Origin: an uncultured Pseudomonadota bacterium
GTDB lineage: Bacteria; Pseudomonadota; Gammaproteobacteria; Burkholderiales; Methylophilaceae
Assembly: GCA_903876765.1 (NCBI GenBank)
Contig: CAIRBH010000006.1
Coordinates: 38,412-102,411, forward strand
DNA: 64,000 nucleotides
Reading direction: 5' to 3'
Positions 33,162 through 43,244 of this stretch are shown here, one piece after another; within the stretch, counting starts at the first letter, position 1; each line of letters begins with the position of its first letter. The position numbers were made by a program, and so were the translations under genes. A model generated the notes under the pieces. The model was given only the letters and a program-made list of their open reading frames with translations, searched no databases and had not been told where the DNA came from.

Positions 33162-33557
33162 TTAATCGTGCGGACTTTTTTCATGCTGTGGTAAATCGTC
33201 ACTAATCATGACCCACGGGAGTTTAGATTCAACCCAAGTATGATCTTTTGGGGGCATTAGCTCAGGGTTGGCTAAGCTGCAAGTTGTGATGTCAATTTCA
33301 TCGCTATGGCTGGTATATTGGAAAAAAAGAAGTGTCCCACAATTGCTACAAAACATTCTTACGCCATGTGCAGAGGATTGGTAAGGCTTAGGTTTACCAC
33401 TTAGTAACAGTAGCGAAGATTTTTTAACTGTAAACCAAGCGACGTAAGGTGCGCCGCTGGTTTTTTGGCAAGTGGTGCAGTGGCAATTAGTCTCATATTC
33501 GGCTATTCCATTAAAGCCGTAACGTATTTGTCCACAATGGCAACCACCTTCTATCAT
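33162..33557 (-). CDS. GFA/CENP-V family zinc-binding protein
   Basis: GGCHCG, CHCTTCQK, FCSNCG cysteine pattern. Confidence 0.9.
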   Translation of the reverse strand: MIEGGCHCGQIRYGFNGIAEYETNCHCTTCQKTSGAPYVAWFTVKKSSLLLLSGKPKPYQSSAHGVRMFCSNCGTLLFFQYTSHSDEIDITTCSLANPELMPPKDHTWVESKLPWVMISDDLPQHEKSPHD

Positions 33558-33575
33558 AAAGATTTCTTAATGCGT

Positions 33576-34238
<663 letters not shown>

Positions 34239-34291
34239 CTAATTTAGAATTGATTTTATGATGGTTAGAATAGCTTTACGGCTAAATTATA

Positions 34292-35071
34292 TCAGCTCAA
34301 ATAGTTTGCGATAGCGACAAAATCGCCTACGCTTAAATTTTCCGCACGTAATTGTGAGTTGAGGTTTAAGGCGCTAAATCCATCATCATCTAACAGGCCT
34401 TTGAGCGTATTGCGCAAGGTTTTGCGACGCTGGCCAAACGCGGCTAATACCACTTTTGCAAATAGCGCTTCATTTTTTGCAACAAAGGGCAAATTTGCAT
34501 GCGGCACACAGCGCACAAAGGCTGATTCTACTTTAGGTGCTGGTTCAAAAGCCTCTGGCGGCACAGTGATTAGATAATCTATTTGCAGGCGGTATTGCAA
34601 CATCACGCTAAGCCGGCCGTAGGCTGGGGTAGAGGGGGCTGCCACCATGCGCTCTACCACTTCTTTTTGCAGCATAAAATGCATATCTGTAATGTGAGCA
34701 ACGTTATCTAGCAGATGAAACAAAATAGGCGTAGAAATGTTATAGGGCAAGTTGCCAGTAACCCGCAAATCCTCACCTAAGCTGGTGAAGTCAAACTTAA
34801 GCGCATCGGCATTATGAATATGAATGGCATGACTGGCGTAAGCGGGCTTGGCATATTCGGTTTGCATCCAAGCGATAATGTCGCGATCAACTTCTACCAC
34901 GTGCAAAAGATTGAGCCTTTGTAATAGCGGCTTAGTCAGTGCGCCAAGGCCAGGGCCAATTTCAAGCATGAGGTCGTTCGCTTTGGGTGCAATGGCTTCA
35001 ATTAAACTAGCTATCACACTTTGGTCGGTCAAAAAGTTTTGGCCAAAGCGTTTTTTTGCGATATGTTTCAT
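34292..35071 (-). CDS. rsmA: 16S rRNA m6,2A dimethyltransferase
   Basis: KRFGQNFL, EIGPGLG, GNLPYNIS, QKEVVER. Confidence 0.97.
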   Translation of the reverse strand: MKHIAKKRFGQNFLTDQSVIASLIEAIAPKANDLMLEIGPGLGALTKPLLQRLNLLHVVEVDRDIIAWMQTEYAKPAYASHAIHIHNADALKFDFTSLGEDLRVTGNLPYNISTPILFHLLDNVAHITDMHFMLQKEVVERMVAAPSTPAYGRLSVMLQYRLQIDYLITVPPEAFEPAPKVESAFVRCVPHANLPFVAKNEALFAKVVLAAFGQRRKTLRNTLKGLLDDDGFSALNLNSQLRAENLSVGDFVAIANYLS

Positions 35072-35085
35072 CTGTTTATGATGTT

Positions 35086-36090
35086 TTAGTTAGGCATTTG
35101 AGCGGTGTTATTGGCTAGCATGATCGCTAACTCAATGGCGGCAAGCATGCTGCCCAGGTCAATACGGCCTGTGCCCGCCAAATCTAATGCGGTACCATGG
35201 TCCACCGAAGTGCGAATAATAGGCAGGCCTAGCGTAATATTGATGCCCGTACCAAAGCTCGCATGTTTGAGCACGGGCAAGCCTTGGTCGTGATACATGG
35301 CAAGCACCGCATCAGCTTGATCTAGCTGGTGTTTTGCAAATAAGGTATCGGCGGGCAGCGCCCCTATTAGCTGCATACCTTCAGCGCGTAGTTTTGCTAG
35401 TACTGGGTTAATAATTTCAATTTCTTCCATGCCTAAATAGCCGTCTTCGCCTGCATGTGGGTTTAAGCCAGCCACCAAAATGCGCGGGTTTTTTAGGCTA
35501 AATTTTTCTATTAAATCGTGATGCAAAATGCGTATAGTGGCTTCTAGACTTTGTTGCGTAATAGCGGCAGGTACGTCTTTTAGGGCTAAGTGCGTGGTAG
35601 CCAGTGCCACTCGCATACCACCACCGACTAGCATCATGACAACTTGTGGGGTTTTAGTTAGCTCAGCTAAAAATTCGGTATGGCCAGTAAACGCAATGCC
35701 AGCTTCATTAATAATGCCTTTGTGCACAGGTGCCGTCACCATCGCATCAAAGGTCTTATCAATACAAGCTAAGCAGGCTGTTTTTAAGGTATGGACTAGG
35801 TATGGGCTATTTTTTACATTGAGTTGGCCTGCCTGCACTTTGCTATTGGCCGCTACATGCAAAACGCATAAGCTGCCATTGCCTAGGTGCGCTTGGTTGG
35901 CGTTTTCAGTATAGGCTGTGATCCTGAGGCTTAGTCCTAGCTGTGCGGCGCGTGCTTGCAACATGTCTTTATCGGCAATCACCACAAGCTTGGCGGCGAG
36001 TTTGTGCTGGGCCAGCATCACACATAGGTCAGGACCTATGCCAGCGGGTTCGCCAGCGGTGATGGCGATAGTCGGTAATAAATGGCTCAC
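35086..36090 (-). CDS. pdxA: 4-hydroxythreonine-4-phosphate dehydrogenase
   Basis: GEPAGIGP, FTGHTEFL, GLNPHAGE, MYHDQGL, RTSVDHGTA. Confidence 0.97.
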   Translation of the reverse strand: MSHLLPTIAITAGEPAGIGPDLCVMLAQHKLAAKLVVIADKDMLQARAAQLGLSLRITAYTENANQAHLGNGSLCVLHVAANSKVQAGQLNVKNSPYLVHTLKTACLACIDKTFDAMVTAPVHKGIINEAGIAFTGHTEFLAELTKTPQVVMMLVGGGMRVALATTHLALKDVPAAITQQSLEATIRILHHDLIEKFSLKNPRILVAGLNPHAGEDGYLGMEEIEIINPVLAKLRAEGMQLIGALPADTLFAKHQLDQADAVLAMYHDQGLPVLKHASFGTGINITLGLPIIRTSVDHGTALDLAGTGRIDLGSMLAAIELAIMLANNTAQMPN

Positions 36091-36134
36091 GAGATGACTA
36101 TTGTTTAGACCTAGTGGATTTTTAAGCGAGCAGA

Positions 36135-37451
36135 CTAAAATTTGTCTTCAAGTCTAAGTTCAACATAAGCACGGTCACGTAATTCGCGTATCCAATCTTG
36201 GTAAGCTTCATCGGCTTTTTTAGCGCGAATCTCTTGGCGAGCTTTTAAGCGCGCTGCTTCTTTACTCATATCTTGGGCGCGGCGTTCTATGACCTGAATC
36301 ACATGCCAGCCAAACTGCGTGAGCACTGGTGGGCTGATTTGATCATTTTTGAGCTCGTTCATGGCTTTTTCAAATTGTGGCACTGTGTCACCAGGGTTGA
36401 CCCAGCCTAAGTCGCCGCCATTTGACGCGGTGCTATCTTCTGAATATTGGCGGGCGAGGGCTTCAAATTTTTCACCATTATCTAGCCGTTCTTTAATGTT
36501 ATCCATTTTTAGCTTAGCTTCTTTTTCTGACATGACTTCTGAAAGCTTGATAAGAATATGCCGCGCATGGGTTTGTTGAATGACCAGAGGCGAATTGCCG
36601 CCGCGTTTATTGCTGAGTTTGAGCACATGAAACCCATTCGGACTGCGCAGCGGCGCAGAAATATCGCCTACTTGCATGGTTTTGAGGGCGTCTAAAAATA
36701 AACTTGGCATTTGTGTACCACTTTTCCAGCCTAGCTTGCCGCCTTCTAGCGCATTGGGGGCGTCTGAGTAGCTGGCAGATACTTCAGCAAAGCTTTTACC
36801 ATGATTGAGTTCATTGATAGCAGCTTCTACTTTGGTTTTAGCTTTTTGTATGTCCTCTGTCGCGCCTTCTTCTGGAGTGCGAATTAAAATGTGGGAGATT
36901 TCAAATTCATCTTGATTTTCTGTATTTGCGGCTTGGCTGGTTAAAAAGTTATCAATTTCAGATTCGCTGACGTTGATGCGGCCATCAACCTCGCGTTCAC
37001 GCAGCCTGGCTATGGTAATTTCGCTACGAATATCTGACCTAAATTTAGTCATGCTGACGCCATCTTTGGCCAAGGCTTCGCTAAACTGCGCTAAGCTCAT
37101 TTGATTTTGCTCGGCAATGCGCACTATGGTTTTATCCAGTTGATTGTCATCTACTTTTAGCCCAGTTTGAGCAGCATATTGAATTTGCAGCGTGTCGGTA
37201 ATCAGTCGCTCTAAAATCTGCTTACGTAAAATACTTTCTTCGGGCAATACTGTGCCTTGTTTTTGAAATTGTGCTGTCACGGTAGCAATGCGGCTTTCTA
37301 ATTCTTGCTCAGTAATTACCGTTTGATCAACAATAGCCACGATGCGATCTAGCTTCACCACTTCTGCCGCTTGTACATTGAATTGGCAAGTAGCGGTGAG
37401 CGCGCTGGCTAAAAATAAAGCTTGTATGAGAGATTTAATAAAGGTGCGCAA
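36135..37451 (-). CDS. surA: Periplasmic chaperone/PPIase SurA
   Basis: SurA N-domain (DRIVAIVD) plus two parvulin domains (SHILI, RHILI...GGDLGW); lptD-surA-pdxA-rsmA order. Confidence 0.95.
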   Translation of the reverse strand: MRTFIKSLIQALFLASALTATCQFNVQAAEVVKLDRIVAIVDQTVITEQELESRIATVTAQFQKQGTVLPEESILRKQILERLITDTLQIQYAAQTGLKVDDNQLDKTIVRIAEQNQMSLAQFSEALAKDGVSMTKFRSDIRSEITIARLREREVDGRINVSESEIDNFLTSQAANTENQDEFEISHILIRTPEEGATEDIQKAKTKVEAAINELNHGKSFAEVSASYSDAPNALEGGKLGWKSGTQMPSLFLDALKTMQVGDISAPLRSPNGFHVLKLSNKRGGNSPLVIQQTHARHILIKLSEVMSEKEAKLKMDNIKERLDNGEKFEALARQYSEDSTASNGGDLGWVNPGDTVPQFEKAMNELKNDQISPPVLTQFGWHVIQVIERRAQDMSKEAARLKARQEIRAKKADEAYQDWIRELRDRAYVELRLEDKF

Positions 37452-37456
37452 AATAG

Positions 37457-39811
37457 TTACTCGTAGTTGTGTTGTTGATAAGAGTCAGGAATAACTCCTG
37501 TGCTGACATAACCTGGGATGCTGCGTTTAATCACATCGAGTGGGTCAGTGCCAATTGACGCCAGACCGCCTAGTTCAATCTGAAAAAATAGCGCGTAGTT
37601 GGCATTTGCCGTGGCTGTACTCACGCGTTGAACCAGCGTCCTTGTTTGCCAGCAGCCAGCATTATATTCTATCCCAGCAAGAGTTTCGATGATATGTTTC
37701 TCTTGTATAGAGTAGTTGGCGCGCCCTATGCCATACCAGCCTTGACCGAGCGGCCATTGGCCAGACAGGTCAAATTGATTAATGCCATTTGATACATCGC
37801 TGCTAGATGTATCTTGTCTGTAGGTATAGCTTAAGTTAAGCGCTTTGCCAGGTTCAGGGGTAAAACGACTGGCGACTGTGGTTCGTGCTGATTTTGCGTT
37901 GGCTGTATTGTATTGCCAAAATGCATTGACATTCCAAGTGGTTTTTAAATACGAGCTGAGACCAAGCACAATGTCTGAGGTGTTGCTTTTGCGTAAGGTT
38001 TCAGTGGGTAATGCAACTTTTTGGTCTGCAAAATAATAGCGCTGGCCAATAGAAGCTGAAAGTCTTTGTATGCCAGTATCAGATTCAATCAAACGGGTGG
38101 TGAGCGCTAAACTGAGCTGGTTAGCATTGTTGATGCGATCGTTACCCGTGTACTGATTTTCTCTAAATAAGGTGCTGAAGTTTAAATCGGCTGAACTGGC
38201 GTCAAAAATAGGGATGTCAGATTGTTTTGTATTGGGAATGTAGACATAAAACAATCTAGGCTCTATGGTCTGCGTATAGGCACGGTTAGATATTTTGAAA
38301 TCTCGGTCGAAAAATAAGCCGCCATCTAGGCTGGCAATAGGCAAGGTCCGTTGTTGTGATTCAAGATTATCGGCAATGTTGTTAAGGTTGTAACTGGTGT
38401 GATGAATACCAATTTTTGGCGTGATATAGCCATAAGTCTGGTGCATGGGCAGGCTAATGCTAGGGTATAGCGTCAGTCTATTGCCAGTGGGTTTTACAGT
38501 GGGGTCGTTGATGTTGGTGTCGAATTTGACGACTTGCGTATATAGATTGACATTCACGTCACCATAATATTTGTTGCCAGCTAAGGTCATTTGCGGCAGA
38601 CGTTCATAAGGATATGATACCTTATCTAAAGTCTGAAATTTTTGTACTAGGCCATTAAAATGCCAATTTTCATTGCCATAATCAATGTTAAATTGTTGTG
38701 GTAAGTTAATGCGGCTGGTGGTGACAATGCGAGTAGATAAATCAGAAAAATATTCGTTATCAGAAACTTTTTCAAGGCTGTAGCCAGCAGACCAGCCACT
38801 GCCAAGATCGTGCTGATGTTTTAGCGAGGCGTAATATCGGTTATTACCAGTTTGGTTGTCGCTGCCTAAATACTCTAGATTATCAATGCCTGAATAATGT
38901 TCATCTAAATATCTAAATTCCCCTTGCAGTTGCACGCCACGTTTACTTAAGGCGCGCGTTGCTAGAGTAGCATCCATATTGGGGGATATATTCCAGTAAA
39001 ACGGCACTGATACTTCAAAACCACTTTTTGAGGTGGTGCCGTAGGTGGGCGCTAACAAGCCGCTTTTACGCTGATTGCTGTATGAAAAGCCTATCCATGG
39101 GGTGTAGAGTACTGGCACCCCCTTGATCTCTATATAGGCATTTTTAGCCACGCCAGATTCTGTGTAGTTATTCAGGTCTAGTTCTTTGGTTTTGATGTAC
39201 CAGTCATCTACACCAGCTTGGCAAGTGGTATAGCGTGCATTGATCAGTCGTTTTTTATCTTGACCTTCAAAGAATATGCTGTCGGCATCACCCCGAGCTT
39301 GTGCAGCATATTGTTGTGAATTTGGCGCTAAATGAAACATTTCGACATTGTTTTGCGCACTATTATCCGCAGCCACCCCTGTTGTCGTATAGTCGATTCT
39401 GCCATCCATAGCCTGATTTTGCGAAGTGCTAAAGTTATCCCTGGCACTGGCGGGTTTAAGCATGGTAATGCTAGCGTCTTTAATTTCACCAATGCTGGTG
39501 GCTAACTGCATGTGCAACTCTGAGCCATTTATTTTAGAGTCACCAAGGTTGAGGCCTACATTGCCAGTGGCATGCAATGTGTCATTTTGCGTATCGTAAT
39601 CTATCACATCGCCGAGTATGGTTTGTTTGCCACGGCTGATAGAGGCATTGCCTATGGCACGCATATTCCTATCAATATGCAATTCTAGTTTGTCGCCATT
39701 GATGACAACCGCATCGGCAGTTATTGCGCTGTCGTCACTTTCTGCATGGGCTATTAGGCTGTAAACCAATGAAATTGCCGTCAAACTACTGAGTATTTTT
39801 TGTCTTAGCAT
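37457..39811 (-). CDS. lptD: LPS-assembly outer-membrane protein LptD
   Basis: YTTC motif, PVLYTPW, SGLLAP, YWNISPNMDAT, YNAGCW, C-terminal beta-barrel. Confidence 0.95.
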   Translation of the reverse strand: MLRQKILSSLTAISLVYSLIAHAESDDSAITADAVVINGDKLELHIDRNMRAIGNASISRGKQTILGDVIDYDTQNDTLHATGNVGLNLGDSKINGSELHMQLATSIGEIKDASITMLKPASARDNFSTSQNQAMDGRIDYTTTGVAADNSAQNNVEMFHLAPNSQQYAAQARGDADSIFFEGQDKKRLINARYTTCQAGVDDWYIKTKELDLNNYTESGVAKNAYIEIKGVPVLYTPWIGFSYSNQRKSGLLAPTYGTTSKSGFEVSVPFYWNISPNMDATLATRALSKRGVQLQGEFRYLDEHYSGIDNLEYLGSDNQTGNNRYYASLKHQHDLGSGWSAGYSLEKVSDNEYFSDLSTRIVTTSRINLPQQFNIDYGNENWHFNGLVQKFQTLDKVSYPYERLPQMTLAGNKYYGDVNVNLYTQVVKFDTNINDPTVKPTGNRLTLYPSISLPMHQTYGYITPKIGIHHTSYNLNNIADNLESQQRTLPIASLDGGLFFDRDFKISNRAYTQTIEPRLFYVYIPNTKQSDIPIFDASSADLNFSTLFRENQYTGNDRINNANQLSLALTTRLIESDTGIQRLSASIGQRYYFADQKVALPTETLRKSNTSDIVLGLSSYLKTTWNVNAFWQYNTANAKSARTTVASRFTPEPGKALNLSYTYRQDTSSSDVSNGINQFDLSGQWPLGQGWYGIGRANYSIQEKHIIETLAGIEYNAGCWQTRTLVQRVSTATANANYALFFQIELGGLASIGTDPLDVIKRSIPGYVSTGVIPDSYQQHNYE

Positions 39812-39911
39812 GTCAAGGCCGCTGCTATCATTAAGCGCAGGGTGATTAAGCTAGGGAATAGTTGATATAGTGGCACGGGTGTCTGGGTAGAATGTTTATT
39901 TTAACGATATG

Positions 39912-39928
39912 TTTTATCAGTGATAAAA
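39912..39928. promoter_or_regulatory. Perfect 8-1-8 palindrome in the lptD/amgK divergent region
   Basis: TTTTATCA-G-TGATAAAA. Confidence 0.45.
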
Positions 39929-40058
39929 TCTCATAAATTGACTTTTTTGGCAATCAGTAAAGCGTATTTTACCAGCCCTTTAACACTTAAGGTGATACTG
40001 CGGCTTAGTAACTTTCAGCGATTATACAATCACATTATATAACATTGGATAGACCCTC

Positions 40059-41072
40059 GTGGATGATAGACAACAACAACTTTCAGCTTGGCTAAACACC
40101 GTTTTACAACAGGCCGACTTTTCGCTGACTAGCGCCTCAGCGGATGCCAGTTTTAGGCGGTATTTTAGAGTGAGCTTTGCCGTGCCATATTTAGGCTATC
40201 ACAGTCTGATTGTCATGGATGCCCCGCCAGCACAAGAGGATTGTCGGCCCTTTGTTAATATTGCCCAACTTTTTGCGGCAGCTGGGCTTAATGTGCCCAA
40301 GATTATTGCCCAAGATTTAGCGCAAGGTTTTTTATTGCTCAGTGATTTGGGTGATGACACTTATCTGATGCATCTAAGTGCAAAAACTGCACCTAAATTA
40401 TATTTAGCTGCCACAGATGCGCTGATTAAATTGCAGCTAGCCAGCAAACCTGATGTGTTGCCGTATTATGATCAAGCTTTGCTGATGCGCGAGATGCAGC
40501 TATTCCCTGAATGGTATGTGGCCAAGCATTTGCATGTGGAACTTAATGAGGCACAGCAAGCCGTCTTAAACAATACCTTTGCGGTGTTAAATAAAAACAT
40601 ACTCGCGCAAGGACAAGTTTACGTGCATAGAGATTATCATTCGCGTAACTTAATGATTACCAAAGAAAATAACCCTGGGGTGCTAGATTTTCAAGATGCC
40701 GTGTATGGTGCTATTAGCTATGATTTGGTGTCTTTATTAAAAGATGCTTATATCAGTTGGGAAGAAGATCAACTCATTGATTGGGCAGTGCGTTATTGGC
40801 AGCCTGCAAAAAAAGCGGGCTTGCCAGTACCTGATGATTTTAGTGAGTTTTATCGCGATTTTGAGTGGATGGGCGCGCAGCGGCACATTAAAGTGTTAGG
40901 AATATTTGCTAGACTGAGCCATAGAGACGGCAAAAATGCCTATTTACAAGATATGCCCTTGGTCATGAGTCACTTGCGCAAAGTCTGTGAGCGCTACGTA
41001 GAATTAAGGCCTATGTTGAGGTTGCTCAATCAATTAGAAAATGTAAAAGCAAAAGAAGGCTACACTTTCTAA
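40059..41072 (+). CDS. amgK: Anomeric MurNAc/GlcNAc kinase (APH-like fold)
   Basis: DASFRRYFR, MDAPP, HRDYHSRNLM, LDFQDA, YDLVSLL; directly upstream of murU. GTG start. Confidence 0.9.
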   Translation: MDDRQQQLSAWLNTVLQQADFSLTSASADASFRRYFRVSFAVPYLGYHSLIVMDAPPAQEDCRPFVNIAQLFAAAGLNVPKIIAQDLAQGFLLLSDLGDDTYLMHLSAKTAPKLYLAATDALIKLQLASKPDVLPYYDQALLMREMQLFPEWYVAKHLHVELNEAQQAVLNNTFAVLNKNILAQGQVYVHRDYHSRNLMITKENNPGVLDFQDAVYGAISYDLVSLLKDAYISWEEDQLIDWAVRYWQPAKKAGLPVPDDFSEFYRDFEWMGAQRHIKVLGIFARLSHRDGKNAYLQDMPLVMSHLRKVCERYVELRPMLRLLNQLENVKAKEGYTF

Positions 41073-41085
41073 TGCAGGTGATTCA

Positions 41086-41766
41086 ATGAAAGCGATGATA
41101 TTAGCCGCAGGCCGCGGCGAGCGTATGCGGCCATTGACTGATTTTATGCCTAAGCCACTGATTAAGCTGGCGGGTAAGCCGCTTATCGTTTGGCATCTAG
41201 AGCGCTTAGCGCAAGCTGGATTTAAACAAGTGGTAATTAATCATGCTTATTTGGGCGAGCAAATTGAACAAGCCCTAGGTAACGGCAGTCAATGGGGTAT
41301 GTATATTGAATATAGCCCTGAAAAAAACGCATTAGAAACTGCTGGTGGCATTGCCAATGCCTTACCATTATTAGGCAAGCAGCCATTTTTAGTGGTGAAT
41401 GGTGATACCTTTAGCCAGATTGATTTTGCCTCTTTAAAATTAACGCATAATGCGCTGCCATGCTTGGGGCACTTGGTGTTAGTTGATAATCCGCCGCAAC
41501 ACCCTAACGGCGATTTTGCCATTGAAGCTGGTGTATTAAAAAATCAAGGCGCACAAATGCTGACTTTTTCTGGCGTAGGGGTTTATGATCCAGACTTATT
41601 TGCTAGTATTGTCCCTGGCACCCCAGCCAAGTTAGCGCCGCTTCTGCGGCAGGCGATTACACACAAGCAAATGACCGCTGAGCATTATCAAGGGATGTGG
41701 CATGATATTGGTACGCCTGAGCGATTAGCCAGTGTAGAGCAGCACTGGCAACATCAAGCCTTATGA
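41086..41766 (+). CDS. murU: MurNAc alpha-1-phosphate uridylyltransferase
   Basis: ILAAGRGERMRPLT, LETAGG, NGD, W.DIGTPERL. Confidence 0.92.
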   Translation: MKAMILAAGRGERMRPLTDFMPKPLIKLAGKPLIVWHLERLAQAGFKQVVINHAYLGEQIEQALGNGSQWGMYIEYSPEKNALETAGGIANALPLLGKQPFLVVNGDTFSQIDFASLKLTHNALPCLGHLVLVDNPPQHPNGDFAIEAGVLKNQGAQMLTFSGVGVYDPDLFASIVPGTPAKLAPLLRQAITHKQMTAEHYQGMWHDIGTPERLASVEQHWQHQAL

Positions 41767-41773
41767 TAGTTAG

Positions 41774-41840
41774 CAACCACGCCATCAACAACCACGCCTA
41801 TCAATCAAAGTTAAACACAATTAAACTTAGTTAAACATAG
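41774..41840 (+). repeat. Tandem duplication plus phased TTAAAC repeats between murU and pepP
   Basis: CAACCACGCC(T)ATCAA twice (41774-41804); TTAAAC at 41811, 41821 and 41831. Confidence 0.8.
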
Positions 41841-41841
41841 C

Positions 41842-43185
41842 ATGAACACTCATATCACAGAATTTAAAGCCAGACGCGAACAGCTACTTACGAGTATGGG
41901 GCAGGGTGTAGCCATCCTATTCAATGCACCTGAGGTTATTCGTAATCGAGATAGCCACTACGCCTATCGTTTTGATAGTTATTTTTATTACTTAACAGGG
42001 TTTAAAGAGCCAGAATCTGTACTGGTGCTGATTGCAGGGGATACGCCGAAATCTATTTTGTTTTGTCGCGATAAAGATATAGAGCGCGAAATTTGGGATG
42101 GTTTTCGCTATGGTGCAGCGGCAGCTCGCGAAATCTTTGTTTTTGATGAGGCATATTCAATCAATGAACTGGATGCAGTGTTAGTAAAGCTGCTGGCAAA
42201 TCAGCCTAAATTATATTTTAGCTTAAGCGAGAGTGCCGTTGATGATGCCCGAGTGATGACTTGTTTAAAAAGCTTGCGAACTCAAGCGCGGCATGGCCTT
42301 AGTGCGCCGCATGAGATTGCCGATGTTCGTGATTTATTAGATGAAATGCGCCTGTATAAATCAAGCTATGAAATAAATTTAATGCGCCGTTCAGCCAATA
42401 TTGCAGCTGGCGCACATAATAGAGCCATGCAATATGCTAAAGCGGGCATGATGGAGTACCAAGTTGAGGCGGAATTTTTGCATGAGTTTTACCGCCATGG
42501 CGCACAAGCTCCCGCTTATACTAGCATCGTTGCAAGCGGCGCAAATGCTTGTACTTTGCATTACAATGCCAATAATGCACAGCTCAATAACGGTGATTTA
42601 TTGCTAATAGACGCTGGTTGCGAATTAGATGGTTATGCTTCAGATATTACTCGCACTTTTCCTATCAATGGAAAATTTACTGCTGCGCAAAAAGATCTAT
42701 ATGAGCTGGTGTTGTCAGCCCAGCTGGCAGCGATTGCCCAAGTTAAAATTGGCAACCATTGGAACGCGCCGCATGAGGCGGCATTAGACGTGCTGGTGCA
42801 GGGGTTTATTGATTTTAAATTATGCAAAGGTAGTAAAGAGGCAGTGCTAGAAACGGGCGATTATCGTCAGTTCTATATGCATCGTACTGGGCATTGGCTG
42901 GGCTTAGACGTGCATGATGCGGGTGAATATAAACAGACGAAAGCACAAGCAAAATCTCAGGACAAACAGGCTAACTGGCGTATGTTACAAGCCAACATGA
43001 CGCTTACTGTAGAGCCAGGCTGTTATATTCGTCCAGCAGACCATGTCCCTCAACATTTTTGGAATATAGGCATCAGAATAGAAGACGATGTACTCGTTAC
43101 CCCGCATGGGGCTGAGGTATTGACGGCCAGTGCGGTTAAATCTGTCGCAGACATAGAAGCACTAATGCGGGCTGCAGCTGAGTAG
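41842..43185 (+). CDS. pepP: Xaa-Pro aminopeptidase
   Basis: FYYLTGF.EP, DAG, ASDITRTFP, HWLGLDVHD, TVEPG, GIRIEDDV. Confidence 0.96.
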   Translation: MNTHITEFKARREQLLTSMGQGVAILFNAPEVIRNRDSHYAYRFDSYFYYLTGFKEPESVLVLIAGDTPKSILFCRDKDIEREIWDGFRYGAAAAREIFVFDEAYSINELDAVLVKLLANQPKLYFSLSESAVDDARVMTCLKSLRTQARHGLSAPHEIADVRDLLDEMRLYKSSYEINLMRRSANIAAGAHNRAMQYAKAGMMEYQVEAEFLHEFYRHGAQAPAYTSIVASGANACTLHYNANNAQLNNGDLLLIDAGCELDGYASDITRTFPINGKFTAAQKDLYELVLSAQLAAIAQVKIGNHWNAPHEAALDVLVQGFIDFKLCKGSKEAVLETGDYRQFYMHRTGHWLGLDVHDAGEYKQTKAQAKSQDKQANWRMLQANMTLTVEPGCYIRPADHVPQHFWNIGIRIEDDVLVTPHGAEVLTASAVKSVADIEALMRAAAE

Positions 43186-43244
43186 ATTTAACTCTGCTAA
43201 ATTAAATACGCGTTAATTAAAATTTTAATCCATTAAGGAATTGT

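Noticed and set aside
40018-40046. dif-like or oriC-like AT-rich site near amgK
   Set aside because: No XerD arm (TTATGTTAAAT) and no DnaA-box cluster; better explained as -10 hexamers (two minus-strand TATAAT).
40059-41072. Aminoglycoside phosphotransferase resistance gene
   Set aside because: The APH-like fold next to murU and divergent from lptD is the conserved AmgK context.
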